Positions 18,611 through 28,730 of a stretch of 64,000 nucleotides of DNA are shown here, one piece after another. The notes beneath the pieces are model-generated. The model made no database searches. It had not been told where the DNA came from and saw only the letters and a program-made list of their open reading frames with translations. This DNA is from an uncultured Chloroflexia bacterium (GTDB taxonomy: Bacteria; Chloroflexota; Limnocylindria; Limnocylindrales; CSP1-4), in NCBI GenBank assembly GCA_963748625.1, contig CAVVJT010000007.1:672001-736000 (forward strand). The letters run 5' to 3'. The position numbers and the translations under genes are program-made. How positions within the stretch are numbered: position 1 is the stretch's first letter; every line of letters starts with the position of its first letter.

Positions 18611-19663
18611 GTGAGACTGCCCTCCCTCGGAGCCCGTCGCGACCACGCCGAGCGCTACCTCTTCCTGGTCGTCGCCGCCTTCGCAATCAGCGTGGCCGTG
18701 ACCCGCGTCTTCCTCGCCGCCACGGGTTACCCGAAGGTGGGCGGTGGCGGGCTGCACATCGCCCACATGCTCTGGGGCGGCCTGCTGCTCGTGGTCGCGT
18801 CGATCCTGCCACTGATGCTGGTGGGCAGCCGGGTACTCGTCGTGTCCGCGATCGCGGGCGGCGTGGGCGTGGGCCTGTTCATCGACGAGGTCGGCAAGTT
18901 CATCACCGAGAACAACAACTACTTCTTCGCCCCGGCGGCCCCGCTCATCTACGGCGCGGTCCTGCTCATGGTCTCGCTGCTGGTCATCGTGTCCCGACGG
19001 GGAGGCACCAGCCGCGACGCGCTCCAGGCGGCCGTCGAGGCAGCCCGCGAGAACGTTGACGGCCGCCTCACCCGCGAGCACCGGGACGAGGTCCTTGCAG
19101 GCCTCGAGCGGGTCCAGGAGGGTGGGGATCCAGCCCTCGCGTCGCTCGCGTCGCGATACACGGAGCTGCTGGTCTCACCAGAGGTCGAGGCCCGGCTCGG
19201 CACCACCGGCTGGCTGGACAACGGCGGACCCCAACGCCTCATCGAGCGCCTGCTGCCCGTCCGGCTCGAGCGCGCGCTCGTCTACCTGGGGCTGGGCTAC
19301 ACCGCCCTTGGCGCCGTCGTCTCGGCGCTGCTGCTCGTCGCCCTCCTCGGCTACGGGCCGCTGCCGCCGGTCGCGGACAACGGGCCCGTCGAGTTCCCGT
19401 CGGAGCCGTTCTGGACCTACGCGCTGCTCGCGGTCGCGACCGGGGTTGGCATCGCATCGGGGATCGCGGTGGTCCTGCTGGCGACCGGGCGCGCGCGCAG
19501 GGGCCTGCGCGTCGGAGCGGGGGCGACGCTCGTCAACCTGGTCGCCGGCGGCCTGCTCACCTTCTATGTGCAGCAGTTCGCGGCACTCGGCTCCACGGTC
19601 CTGCACCTCGCCATCCTTGGCCTCCTTCTCGACATGGGCCGGCGACTGGAGCAGCGGAGGTGA
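18611..19663 (+). CDS. Hypothetical integral membrane protein
   Basis: HIAHMLWGG and GLFIDEVGKF conserved-looking motifs; multiple TM segments. Confidence 0.75.
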   Translation: MRLPSLGARRDHAERYLFLVVAAFAISVAVTRVFLAATGYPKVGGGGLHIAHMLWGGLLLVVASILPLMLVGSRVLVVSAIAGGVGVGLFIDEVGKFITENNNYFFAPAAPLIYGAVLLMVSLLVIVSRRGGTSRDALQAAVEAARENVDGRLTREHRDEVLAGLERVQEGGDPALASLASRYTELLVSPEVEARLGTTGWLDNGGPQRLIERLLPVRLERALVYLGLGYTALGAVVSALLLVALLGYGPLPPVADNGPVEFPSEPFWTYALLAVATGVGIASGIAVVLLATGRARRGLRVGAGATLVNLVAGGLLTFYVQQFAALGSTVLHLAILGLLLDMGRRLEQRR

Positions 19664-19997
19664 GGCGCCGGTGAGGCGCCCGCCGCTGCCCGCGGTGCTC
19701 CGGGAGGTGATCGACGACCGGGCAGGGCCCGGACCGGAGTCCAGAAGGGGGCAGAAGCGGGGCCGGGACGCACCGGATTCGGGTGCAGGTTGCGGTTTGG
19801 ATGCGCCCCGGCGTGCGTCGAGGCGAGGCAAGTTGGACAGTTCGCGCGACAGGCGGGCAAAGATGGCGTATTCTGCCGCGACGCCCCACCGTCGGGCGCA
19901 AGCACCAGCACGGCCGACTCGATCCCTCCCTCCCGGTCTCCGCAGAGGACTCGATCGCGGAAACCGGCACAAGACCACGAGGAGTGGATCAACCTTC

Positions 19998-20348
19998 ATG
20001 AACGTCGACCGGACGCTCACCTGCAGCGACTGCAACCAGTCGTTCACCTTCACTGTCAGCGAGCAGGACTTCTACGCCCAGAAGGGCTTCTCGGAGCCCC
20101 GCCGCTGCCCCAACTGCCGTGCCGCCCGCAAGGCGCAGCGCGGTGACTCCGGTGGTGGCAGCTACTCCAGCGGTGGCGGCTACTCCAGCGGCTCCAGCTT
20201 CGGTAGCGGCTACGGCTCCTCGCGCGGTCCGCGCGAGATGTTCACCGCAACCTGCTCGGCATGCGGCCAGGAGACCCAGGTCCCCTTCCGCCCCACGTCC
20301 GGCAAGCCGGTCTACTGCAGCGCCTGCTTCGCACAGCGCCGCGCCTGA
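19998..20348 (+). CDS. Zinc-ribbon / CxxC-x17-CxxC domain protein
   Basis: TCSDC...EQDFY...PRRCPNCR, Gly/Ser linker, REMFTATCSACG...PFRP...PVYCSAC; GAGGAG RBS. Confidence 0.92.
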   Translation: MNVDRTLTCSDCNQSFTFTVSEQDFYAQKGFSEPRRCPNCRAARKAQRGDSGGGSYSSGGGYSSGSSFGSGYGSSRGPREMFTATCSACGQETQVPFRPTSGKPVYCSACFAQRRA

Positions 20349-20392
20349 CCGCCGCCCGGGACGTTGACGTCCCGGATCCGCGCGCAACGACT

Positions 20393-20422
20393 ACGGCCCC
20401 CGGTCACCCGGGGGCCGTTTCG
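20393..20422 (+). terminator. Rho-independent terminator
   Basis: ACGGCCCCCGG-TCAC-CCGGGGGCCGT followed by TTCGATT. Confidence 0.75.
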
Positions 20423-20562
20423 ATTCACTGTGGGGTCGTGCGCCAGGCGGCCGGGATCGATCTCCTCCAACGCGATCCCGGCCGCGCGGCGCACGACCCG
20501 CGCACGGCCGCAGGCTGCCGCCGGCGCTCAGCCCTCGCCGACCAGCAGCCCTTGCCGGCCGC

Positions 20563-22008
20563 TTAGCCTTCGCCGGCCAGCAGCTCGAGCGCCTTGAGCA
20601 GCTGCGCGTCCCCCGCATCGACCAGCTGCTGCCAGGTGAGCCCCTTGACGTCATCGGGCTGGAGCGGTGCGACCGTGTCATCGAGCGTGACGGTCACGTC
20701 CGGCGCCAGTCCCTCGTGCCAGATCGGCCGGCCGTTGCGGGTGAGCCAGCGCTCCACGCCGATCCGCAGCGACGAGCCGTCCTTGAGGTCGTACTGGCCC
20801 AGGACGGTGCCGGTGCCGAACGTCTTCTCGCCCACGACCTTGCCGCGGCCCGCATCCTGAATCGCCCCGGACACGATCTCCGCCGAGCTGGCCGAGTCGC
20901 CGTCCGCGAGGACGATCAGTGGGATGTCGGTGGCCAGACCGCCCGGCTCGACCTTGTTGTCCTTGCGCTCCCCGCTGCGGTCGAACGCCTGGAACACGAC
21001 ACCGTCGGGCACGAACTGGCTCGCGACGGTGAGTGCCTCGCCGACATACCCACCGGGGTTGCCGCGCAGGTCGAAGACGATCGCCGTCGCGCCGGCCTCC
21101 TTCGCCTCGGTGATCGCCTTCTTGAGGGCGTCGCCTGCCCCGTTGGCGAACTGGTCCAGCCGGATCATCGCCACCGTGCGGTCCGGGATCATGGCCCAGG
21201 ACACGAGCGGCAGGTCGAACTTGCGGCGGGTGATGGTGACATCGAAGTCCGCCGACCCGGCACGGCCGATGGTCAGGGTGACGTCCTCGCCCTCCGGGCC
21301 GCGGACGCGCGAGATCGTCTGGTCGATGGCCTCGTCGGTGGTTGCCTTGCCGTCCACTTCGAGGATGCGGTCGCCCCGCTGAAGACCGGCCTCCTCGGCG
21401 GGCGTGTTCGGGATCACGGAGAAGACGTACGGCACGCCGTCCTTCTCCTCCTCGTTGACGCGGATGCCGACACCCACGAACGTGCCCGACAGCGACTCGT
21501 TGACGGCCTTGGACTCCTCGGCCGTGAGGAACGAAGTGTGGCCCTCGTCGCCGACGGCCTCCACAAGACCGCGGATCGCCGCGTACGCGAGCTCCTGGCT
21601 GTCCAGGTTCTCGGCATCGACGTAGTGCTCCTGGATGTCGTTCCAGGCCTCCTCGATCAGGGCCAGCTCCGCGTCGGGGTCACCGACGGCGAAGGACGGG
21701 CTGGTCGTGGCGATGGTGCCTGCTGCCGCTGCCGTGCCGGCCCGGCCGACGACGACGCCGCCGGCGAACAGGGTGATGGCAAGCACGGGGGCCAGCACGA
21801 GGGCGATGGCCTTGCCCAGGCCCTTGCCCCCGGTGGATGGAGCCGGAGTCGCGACCCCGACCGGTTCGCCAGCCGGGGTGGGCGTCGCGAGGGCCGGAGA
21901 CGCGAGGACCGGCGTGGGCGGAGTCAGCGTGGGCGGAGCCGGCGGCTCGATGGGTGCGGGGGCCGGTCCCTCGAGCGGGGACGCGTGATCGGGGGTCGGT
22001 TCGGTCAT
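20563..22008 (-). CDS. S41 family carboxyl-terminal processing protease with PDZ domain
   Basis: TM anchor, GVGI PDZ, DLRGNPGG, SASSAEI, GEKTFGTG. Confidence 0.92.
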   Translation of the reverse strand: MTEPTPDHASPLEGPAPAPIEPPAPPTLTPPTPVLASPALATPTPAGEPVGVATPAPSTGGKGLGKAIALVLAPVLAITLFAGGVVVGRAGTAAAAGTIATTSPSFAVGDPDAELALIEEAWNDIQEHYVDAENLDSQELAYAAIRGLVEAVGDEGHTSFLTAEESKAVNESLSGTFVGVGIRVNEEEKDGVPYVFSVIPNTPAEEAGLQRGDRILEVDGKATTDEAIDQTISRVRGPEGEDVTLTIGRAGSADFDVTITRRKFDLPLVSWAMIPDRTVAMIRLDQFANGAGDALKKAITEAKEAGATAIVFDLRGNPGGYVGEALTVASQFVPDGVVFQAFDRSGERKDNKVEPGGLATDIPLIVLADGDSASSAEIVSGAIQDAGRGKVVGEKTFGTGTVLGQYDLKDGSSLRIGVERWLTRNGRPIWHEGLAPDVTVTLDDTVAPLQPDDVKGLTWQQLVDAGDAQLLKALELLAGEG

Positions 22009-22149
22009 GGTTCTCAGGGCTGCAAAGGATGGCCGAGACATGGTCGGCGGTTGACAGGATGCCTTGTCCACGCTTCAAGCGCGGTGGACGGATGGTGAAG
22101 TTGCCTTAGCCGAACCCGACTGTGGCCGCGCGGGCGGGCACGTGCAGGC

Positions 22150-22358
22150 GCGGATTCCATGCCCATGCGGATGAACGACCGTTCCATCCCTGCGCGGATG
22201 GATTCGGCCAACAATCCCCGTGGTGAGATCCGACCCGGGCGTACGGGGGTCACGCACCGAACCTCGAGTTCGGGCACCGGGCCCTGCGTGCAGGGCGCCG
22301 AAACCATCCGCAGGGGGATTGATTGGCGATTCGATCCCCGTGGGAATGAAGTCGGGGC
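22150..22358. repeat. Interspersed non-coding element, copy 1 (ATCC-N6-GGAT palindromic units)
   Basis: Shares CCATCCCTGCG.GGAT.GA.TCGGCCAACAATCC, TGAGATCCG, TCACGCACCGAACC and GTGGGAATG in the same order with 62958-63178. Confidence 0.8.
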
Positions 22359-22443
22359 TGGGCAGGGCGGGCGGGGCGGGCAGGGCGTGGCGTGGCGTGG
22401 CATGGCGTGGCGTGGCGGCGCGCGACCACGTGCAGCCTCCGGT

Positions 22444-23160
22444 CTACGGCTCCCGCATCAGCCGGCGTGCCGCCCGGGTCGCACGGACGAAGTGGCGCAG
22501 GTGGGCCACCGGCTTCACATGGCTCGGTTCGCCCGCGTAGATCGTGGAGATCGGCACCCAGTCCAGCGTCCACCCGCTGCGCAGGCAGACGGCGATCATC
22601 TCGACCTCGAACTCGAAGCCGCGTTCCTGCGATCCGAGCGTCGCGGCCATCAGCCGCCGCCCGAGAAGCCGGTAGCCCGACTGGTTGTCCGGGACGTGGC
22701 GGCCCACGGCCCACGAGAAGGCGGCCGTGCCAACCGTGTTCGACAGCCGGCGGACCGGCGGCATCCGGGCGAAGTCCCGCCGCCCGATGATCAGCTCCGG
22801 CCGCGGGCCCGATGCCCCCGGTGCCGCGAACGCCGCCACGAACCGCGGGATCTCGTCGGGATCGTGCTGGCCGTCCGCGTCCAGCGTGAGCACCGCGTCC
22901 CAGCCCTCGTCGAGCGCGAGGCGGAACCCGGCCCGGAGTGCCGCGCCCTTGCCCTGGTTGGGGACCTGGCGCAGGACCCGCGCGCCCGCAGCCTCCGCGA
23001 CGTCCGCCGTGTCATCGGAGGAGCCGTCATCCACGACGAGCACCGGCAGGTGGCGCAGCGTGCGCTCGACCACGGACCCGATCCGGGGGCCCTCCTCGTA
23101 GCCGGGGACGAGCGCCAGGATCCGGACCCCGGGCGCAGCATCCCCGACCGCAGGCGTCAC
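22444..23160 (-). CDS. Glycosyltransferase family 2 (DPM1-like)
   Basis: VVDDGSSDDT, NQGKGAA, DADGQH, DNQSGYR. Confidence 0.92.
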   Translation of the reverse strand: MTPAVGDAAPGVRILALVPGYEEGPRIGSVVERTLRHLPVLVVDDGSSDDTADVAEAAGARVLRQVPNQGKGAALRAGFRLALDEGWDAVLTLDADGQHDPDEIPRFVAAFAAPGASGPRPELIIGRRDFARMPPVRRLSNTVGTAAFSWAVGRHVPDNQSGYRLLGRRLMAATLGSQERGFEFEVEMIAVCLRSGWTLDWVPISTIYAGEPSHVKPVAHLRHFVRATRAARRLMREP

Positions 23161-23843
23161 GACCCCGTCTTGAACTGGAGGCTCTTGACGATCGGAATCG
23201 CCTGGTTGAGCAGCCCGTCGAACACGGAGCCGTCGAAGGCATCGACGTCCACGACCACCGTGCCGCCGCCGGGCAGGTCGAGCAGGTAGAGGCGGAGCCG
23301 CTCGTTGCCCACCACGATCCAGTGGTAGCCCGCGTCACCGCCGTTGAACAGCGGCACGGTGGGCAGACCACCCGCGAAGGGGCAGGACGTGGTCCAGCCC
23401 TCCTTGATGCCCACGTCGATCATCTGGCCCGGCAGGCCGCCGATGGTGACCATCGCGGGCGGGCTGACCGTGAGGCCCGGGCGCTCCCGGATCCACTTGA
23501 CGAGCTCGGTGGAGGTGGTGCCCACCGTGGTGTCGGGCGCCGACGTGCAGGCGGCGTCCTGGATCGCGGCCTTCGGCGTGGCGAAGAAGTGGATGCCCGC
23601 GATCTCCGAGCCGAACGGGCGCATCTCCAGGTAGGCCGCACGGTCCACGGGGATCTCCCAGCCGTCGGGCAGGGTGTAGGTCGCGGTGGGCAGGAAGCCG
23701 AGCGAGGAGTAGGTGCCGGCCGGCAGTGCCTTGCCGCCCGAGGCGCTCGGGGCGGCGGTTGCAGCTCCCGAGCCACCGCACGCGGCGACGGCAAGGGCGG
23801 CCAGGGCAAGGACGAGGGCAAGGAACGGGCGGCGCCGGTTCAC
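23157..23843 (-). CDS. Hypothetical lipoprotein
   Basis: GGAGGT RBS, GTG start, basic N-region and lipobox LAVAAC. Confidence 0.75.
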   Translation of the reverse strand: MNRRRPFLALVLALAALAVAACGGSGAATAAPSASGGKALPAGTYSSLGFLPTATYTLPDGWEIPVDRAAYLEMRPFGSEIAGIHFFATPKAAIQDAACTSAPDTTVGTTSTELVKWIRERPGLTVSPPAMVTIGGLPGQMIDVGIKEGWTTSCPFAGGLPTVPLFNGGDAGYHWIVVGNERLRLYLLDLPGGGTVVVDVDAFDGSVFDGLLNQAIPIVKSLQFKTGS

Positions 23844-23959
23844 GCGTTCGGACCTCCGGGTCGCGGTGGGACCGGCGGTGAGGCCGGCGGTTGTGGGGAC
23901 GCCGGCGGTCAGGCCGGCGGTTGAAGGGGCGCCGAGAGGGGCACCGCTTGGCGTCATTG

Positions 23960-24904
23960 TCAGGCCACCGGGGTGGTTCGGGCGAGTCCCTCGCCGAGGA
24001 GTCGGACCTGGTCCGGCGTGACACGGCAGCAGCCACCCACGAGGCGGGCCCCGGCAGCGCGCCAGCGCGCGGCAGCGGCCCCATCCACGTGCCCGGGGCC
24101 GGTGCCGGTCCAGCGCCGCTGCACCGCGTCCCAGCCCTCGCCGCTGTTGGGGTAGACGACGATTGGCAGTGCCGTGACCGCGTGCATCCGCTCGACCAAT
24201 TCGTCGGCGTGCTCGGGCGCCGTGCAGTTGAAGCCGACGGCAAGCACGCCGGGCATCCCGCTCACCGCCTGCACCGCCTCCTCCACCGGCACCCCGCTGT
24301 TGAGGTGGCCGCCGTCAGCGCACGAGAAGCTGATCCAGGCGGCCGCGCCGTCGACCTCACCGAGAAAGCTCGCGACGGCCACCGCCTCCTCGAGCTCCGG
24401 GATCGTCTCCACCGCCAGCACGTCGGGTCCCGCGGCGGCGAGCACCTCCAGGCGCTCGCGGTGGAAGTCGCGCAGCTGCTCCACGCTGAGGCCGTAGCGG
24501 CCCCGGTACTCCGAACCGTCGGCGAGCATCGCGCCGTAGGGTCCCACGGACGCCGCGACGAACAGCGGGACCTCGATCCCCTCGGATGCCGCGCGCTGGC
24601 GCGCCCGGTCGGCGAGGTCAACCGATCGACCCAGCAGGCCGACCGCGTCGTCGTGGGTGAGGCCACGCCGGGCGAAGCCCTCGAACGTCGCCTGGTAGCT
24701 GGCCGTGGTCGCCACGCGGGCGCCCGCCCGGAAGTAGGCGAGGTGCGCGTCGGCGATGGCCTCGGGCTCCTCGACCAGGAGGCGGGCCGACCAGAGGCGG
24801 TCTGACAGGTCGGCGCCCTGCGCCTCGAGCTGGGTGGCGAGGCCGCCGTCGAGGAGGAGGGCCCCCTCATCGGCCAGGGCGGAACGGAAGGCGCGGGAAT
24901 CCAT
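23960..24904 (-). CDS. mmuM: Homocysteine S-methyltransferase
   Basis: LDGGLATQLE, SVGPYGAMLADGSEY, GFNC, YPNSGE, GGCCR zinc ligands. Confidence 0.93.
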   Translation of the reverse strand: MDSRAFRSALADEGALLLDGGLATQLEAQGADLSDRLWSARLLVEEPEAIADAHLAYFRAGARVATTASYQATFEGFARRGLTHDDAVGLLGRSVDLADRARQRAASEGIEVPLFVAASVGPYGAMLADGSEYRGRYGLSVEQLRDFHRERLEVLAAAGPDVLAVETIPELEEAVAVASFLGEVDGAAAWISFSCADGGHLNSGVPVEEAVQAVSGMPGVLAVGFNCTAPEHADELVERMHAVTALPIVVYPNSGEGWDAVQRRWTGTGPGHVDGAAAARWRAAGARLVGGCCRVTPDQVRLLGEGLARTTPVA

Positions 24905-25010
24905 GGCGCGATGGTGCCACGTCCGTGCGCAGAGGGCTGCGGGACGGGCTGCGGGACGGGATCCGCGGGCGATACGCTCGCGGATGTCACCCTGTCACCC
25001 GGAGGTCCCC

Positions 25011-26138
25011 GTGCGCTACCGGCGGATGCCGATCGAGGAAGAATCGCCCGAGCAGCTGGGCTACGGCGCCATCCGCCGGAACCTGGCCGAGAGCTCCGTG
25101 TCGGACGCCACCCTGGGCGACCTGGGGGCGGGCCTCGAAGGTCTGGTGCTCCAGTATGGGGACCACCTGGGCCTGCCAGCGCTGCGGTCGGAGATCGCGG
25201 GAGACGTGCCCGGTGCCGACCCGGATGACGTGATGGTCACGCCCGGTGCGGTGGCGGCGCTGTTCATCCTCCACACATCGCTGCTGGAGCCCGGTGACCA
25301 CATCGTCGTAGCACGCCCCAACTACGCCACGAACGTGGAGACGCCGCGGGCGATCGGGGCGGACGTGAGCTACCTGGACCTGGAGTTCGAGGACGGCTGG
25401 GGCGTGGACCCTGCCCGGATCGCGGCGCTGATGACGCCCCGGACGCGGCTGGTCAGCCTCACCACGCCCCACAACCCCACCGGGACCACGCTCGACGAGG
25501 CGACCCTGCGCGAGGTGATCACGCTGGTCGAGCGGGCCGGGGCACGCCTGCTGGTGGACGAGACCTATCGCGAGATGACGTTCGCCGAGCCGCTGCCGGT
25601 GGCGGCGAGCCTGAGCCCCAGCGTGATCTCGGTCTCGTCGCTGTCGAAGACCTACGGCCTGCCGGGGATCCGCATCGGCTGGCTCGTCACCCGTGACCGT
25701 TCGCTGCGCGACCGGTTCCTGGCGGCCAAGGAGCAGATCCTGATCAGCGGGTCACTGGTCGATGAGACCATCGCGCTCGAGGCACTCCGGCGCCGGCCCG
25801 CGTGGCTGCCCGTCATCCGCGAGCGGATCGACACGGCATTCACGCTCACGGCGGAGTGGCTCGACGGTCACGAGCGGCTGGAGTGGATCCCGCCCCAAGG
25901 CGGCGTGGTCGGCTTCCCGCGCATCCGGCCGGGCGCCGGAATCAACGCCGACACGTTCCACCGTGTGCTCTTCGAGGAGCACGGCACGATCGTGGGCCCC
26001 GGCCACTGGTTCGAGCGCCCTCGCAGCTACTTCCGGCTGGGCTACGGCTGGCCGACGCTCGACGAGCTGCGCGAGGGTCTCGCCGCGATCGATGCCGCCC
26101 TCCAGACGGCCGAAGGGCCCGATCACCCGGACCTGTAA
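25011..26138 (+). CDS. PLP-dependent aminotransferase class I/II
   Basis: GGAGGT RBS, PHNPTG, VDETY, SLSKTYGLPGIRIGW. Confidence 0.92.
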   Translation: MRYRRMPIEEESPEQLGYGAIRRNLAESSVSDATLGDLGAGLEGLVLQYGDHLGLPALRSEIAGDVPGADPDDVMVTPGAVAALFILHTSLLEPGDHIVVARPNYATNVETPRAIGADVSYLDLEFEDGWGVDPARIAALMTPRTRLVSLTTPHNPTGTTLDEATLREVITLVERAGARLLVDETYREMTFAEPLPVAASLSPSVISVSSLSKTYGLPGIRIGWLVTRDRSLRDRFLAAKEQILISGSLVDETIALEALRRRPAWLPVIRERIDTAFTLTAEWLDGHERLEWIPPQGGVVGFPRIRPGAGINADTFHRVLFEEHGTIVGPGHWFERPRSYFRLGYGWPTLDELREGLAAIDAALQTAEGPDHPDL

Positions 26139-26194
26139 CGCCCGCGCCAGTCGACCGGCTGCTCGTCCGCCGATCGCCCTCGCCGGTCGACCAC

Positions 26195-26827
26195 CTACTC
26201 GCCCGACGTGATCGTGACGTCGGTGGCCGTGATGGCGCCCGAGCCGCTCACGGGCGCCGCGCTCGCATCAGGCCGGCGGAAGCCGAAGCCCTCGGTGGCG
26301 ACGGTCACCTCGCTGCCCACCTGGACGTCGGCCGCGGAGGCGTTGGCCTGGGCGTGGAAGTCTGCGCCGGACACGTCGATCGTGGTCTGACCACCGCTCG
26401 CCGTCGTGATGACCAGCGTGGAGCCGTCGAAGCTGGTGACGGTGCCGGAGATGCTCATCGTGCGGTCACCACCGCCCGGCATACCACCCGGACCCGCCTG
26501 GCCGGGGTCGAAGCTGCCGCCGGGCAGGCCACCCGCGAAACCCGGGGGCATGCCCTGGCCACCGGGAAAGACCGACGCCTGCGCCGGCGCGGTTGACCGG
26601 CCCACCGCGAAGGCCACGCCACCTACCGCCACCAGCGCGGCGACGACCAGGACGGCGTTGACGAGCGCGCCGCTCTTCTTCTTCGGCGTCGCAACGGGCA
26701 CGGCCGACTGGGGCACGGGTGCCTGGGGCGCGAGCGGGGGCGACTGGAGCGCGGGCGGTGCGTTCTCGGGCGTGGGTGCCTGACGCTCGCCCTCCGGCGT
26801 CGCCCAGTTCGTGTTCGGCTCGGTCAT
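26195..26827 (-). CDS. Membrane-anchored hypothetical protein (DUF5666-like beta domain), last gene of exporter operon
   Basis: Single TM, Gly/Pro-rich linker, ISGTVTSFDG...VQVGSEVTV; GGGAG RBS. Confidence 0.7.
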   Translation of the reverse strand: MTEPNTNWATPEGERQAPTPENAPPALQSPPLAPQAPVPQSAVPVATPKKKSGALVNAVLVVAALVAVGGVAFAVGRSTAPAQASVFPGGQGMPPGFAGGLPGGSFDPGQAGPGGMPGGGDRTMSISGTVTSFDGSTLVITTASGGQTTIDVSGADFHAQANASAADVQVGSEVTVATEGFGFRRPDASAAPVSGSGAITATDVTITSGE

Positions 26828-26838
26828 GACGGTTCTCC

Positions 26839-28056
26839 CTACTCGAAGCGCAGCGCGGCGATGGGGTTGAGGCGGGCGGCCTGCCGCGCGGGCCAGACGC
26901 CGAAGATCACGCCGACGACCAGGCTGAACACCATGGCCACGACGAGGGTGAGCGGGTTGAAGGTGAAGGCCCAGCCGGCGAGGGTGCTGATCAGGAGGGA
27001 CGTCGTCAGCCCCACGACCACGCCGATCAGCCCGCCCAACACGGACAGCACCAGGGCCTCGACGAGGAACTGGAGCAGGATGTCCCGGTTGCGGGCGCCG
27101 ATCGCCTTGCGGATCCCGATCTCACGGGTCCGCTCGCGAACGCTCACCAGCATGATGTTCATGATCCCGATGCCACCCACGAGGAGGCTGATGCTCGCGA
27201 CGCCCACGAGAAGCACCGTGAGCACGCCGTAGATCGAGGTCGCCGTCGCCAGCAGCTGCGTCTGGTCGGCCACCGAGAAGTCGTCGGTCTCGTCGGCGCC
27301 GATCTCGTGGCGCTCCTGGAGGAGGGCCGTGACGTCGGACTTGACGGCGGACATCTGCTCGGCCGTGGCGACCGACACGCCGATGGAGCGCACGCCCGAC
27401 GTCGCGGACCCGGTGAAGTACTTCTTGAGCGTGGCCACCGGCACGAGCACCTGGTCGTCGGCGGAGGTGGACGTCGTGGAGCCCTTGGACTGCAGGATGC
27501 CCACCACCTCGAACGGGATGCCGCCGATGGAGACGGTGGAGCCGATCGCGTCCGCGCCGAGCTCCAGGTCGTCGGCGGTGGTGGAGCCGAGGACGGCGAC
27601 CCGGAGCGCCTGCTCGTTCGCCGTGTCGGTGAGGAACGAGCCCTGCCAGAGCTCGTAGGCGCGGACGGTGAGGTAGTCCTGGCTGGTGCCGAGGATCGTC
27701 GTGGTGGTGTTGAGGTCGCCTGCGACCACCGTCTGCGACGAGGACAGCTCCGGCGAGACGGCGGCCACACCGTCGATCGCCTTGACGGCCTCGGCGTCCT
27801 CAAGGGTGAGCGTGGTCGCCGAGCCCGCGACCTGCCGGAAGCCGCCGCTGAACGAGGCACCCGCGTTGATCGTGAGCAGGTTGGTGCCCAGGCTGCTGAT
27901 CCGGTCGGTGATCCCCGACGAGGCGCCCTGGCCGACCGCCACGAGGGCGACGACGGAGCCAACGCCGATGATGATCCCCAGCATCGTGAGGAAGGAGCGC
28001 ACGCGGCTCGTGCCAAGGCGCGAGATCGCGAGCCGGACGAGCTCGGTGAGGCTCAT
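26839..28056 (-). CDS. MacB-family ABC transporter permease
   Basis: RSFLTMLGIIIG, GGIGIMNIMLVSVRERTREIGIRKAIGA, PARQAARLNPI. Confidence 0.95.
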   Translation of the reverse strand: MSLTELVRLAISRLGTSRVRSFLTMLGIIIGVGSVVALVAVGQGASSGITDRISSLGTNLLTINAGASFSGGFRQVAGSATTLTLEDAEAVKAIDGVAAVSPELSSSQTVVAGDLNTTTTILGTSQDYLTVRAYELWQGSFLTDTANEQALRVAVLGSTTADDLELGADAIGSTVSIGGIPFEVVGILQSKGSTTSTSADDQVLVPVATLKKYFTGSATSGVRSIGVSVATAEQMSAVKSDVTALLQERHEIGADETDDFSVADQTQLLATATSIYGVLTVLLVGVASISLLVGGIGIMNIMLVSVRERTREIGIRKAIGARNRDILLQFLVEALVLSVLGGLIGVVVGLTTSLLISTLAGWAFTFNPLTLVVAMVFSLVVGVIFGVWPARQAARLNPIAALRFE

Positions 28057-28727
28057 GCCGCGATCCTCCCGTCGAGGACGTGGATCTGGCGCCCTGCCCG
28101 GACGGCCACGTCCGAGTCGTGGGTGATGAGCACGATCGTGACGCCCTGGTCGTTGAGGTCGTGGAAGAGCTGGAGGACCTCCTCGCCCGTGTGCGAGTCG
28201 AGGTTGCCGGTCGGCTCGTCGGCAAGGATCAGGCTCGGGTTGGTGACCAGCGCCCGCGCGATCGCCACGCGCTGCTGCTGGCCGCCGGAGAGCTCGTTGG
28301 GCTCGTGATCGAGGCGGTCGCCGAGGCCCATCCGCTCGAGAGCGGCCGTGGCGCGCGCGAGGCGCTCCTTCTTGGGGACCCCCTGGTAGAGGAGGGGCGT
28401 CGCCACGTTCTCCAGCGCGCTGGTGCGCGGCAGGAGGTTGTAGCTCTGGAACACGAAGCCGATCATCCGGCTGCGCACCCGGGCCAGCCCGTCGTCGTCG
28501 AGCTCCTCGACCGGGGTACCGTCGAGGACGTACCGGCCCGAGGTCGGCCGGTCAAGGCAGCCGAGGATGTTCATCAGGGTTGACTTGCCGGACCCCGACG
28601 GGCCGATCACGGCCACGAACTCGCCCTCGTCCACGTGGAGGCTGGCGCCGGCAAGCGCATGCACCTGCACCCGGCCGAGGTCGTAGGTCCGGTAGGCGTC
28701 GGTGAGGTCGATGATGGTGCGGCCCAT
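28053..28727 (-). CDS. ABC transporter ATP-binding protein (MacB/LolD-like)
   Basis: GPSGSGKST, LSGGQQQRV, ILADEPTGNLD. Confidence 0.95.
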   Translation of the reverse strand: MGRTIIDLTDAYRTYDLGRVQVHALAGASLHVDEGEFVAVIGPSGSGKSTLMNILGCLDRPTSGRYVLDGTPVEELDDDGLARVRSRMIGFVFQSYNLLPRTSALENVATPLLYQGVPKKERLARATAALERMGLGDRLDHEPNELSGGQQQRVAIARALVTNPSLILADEPTGNLDSHTGEEVLQLFHDLNDQGVTIVLITHDSDVAVRAGRQIHVLDGRIAA

Positions 28728-28730
28728 GGC

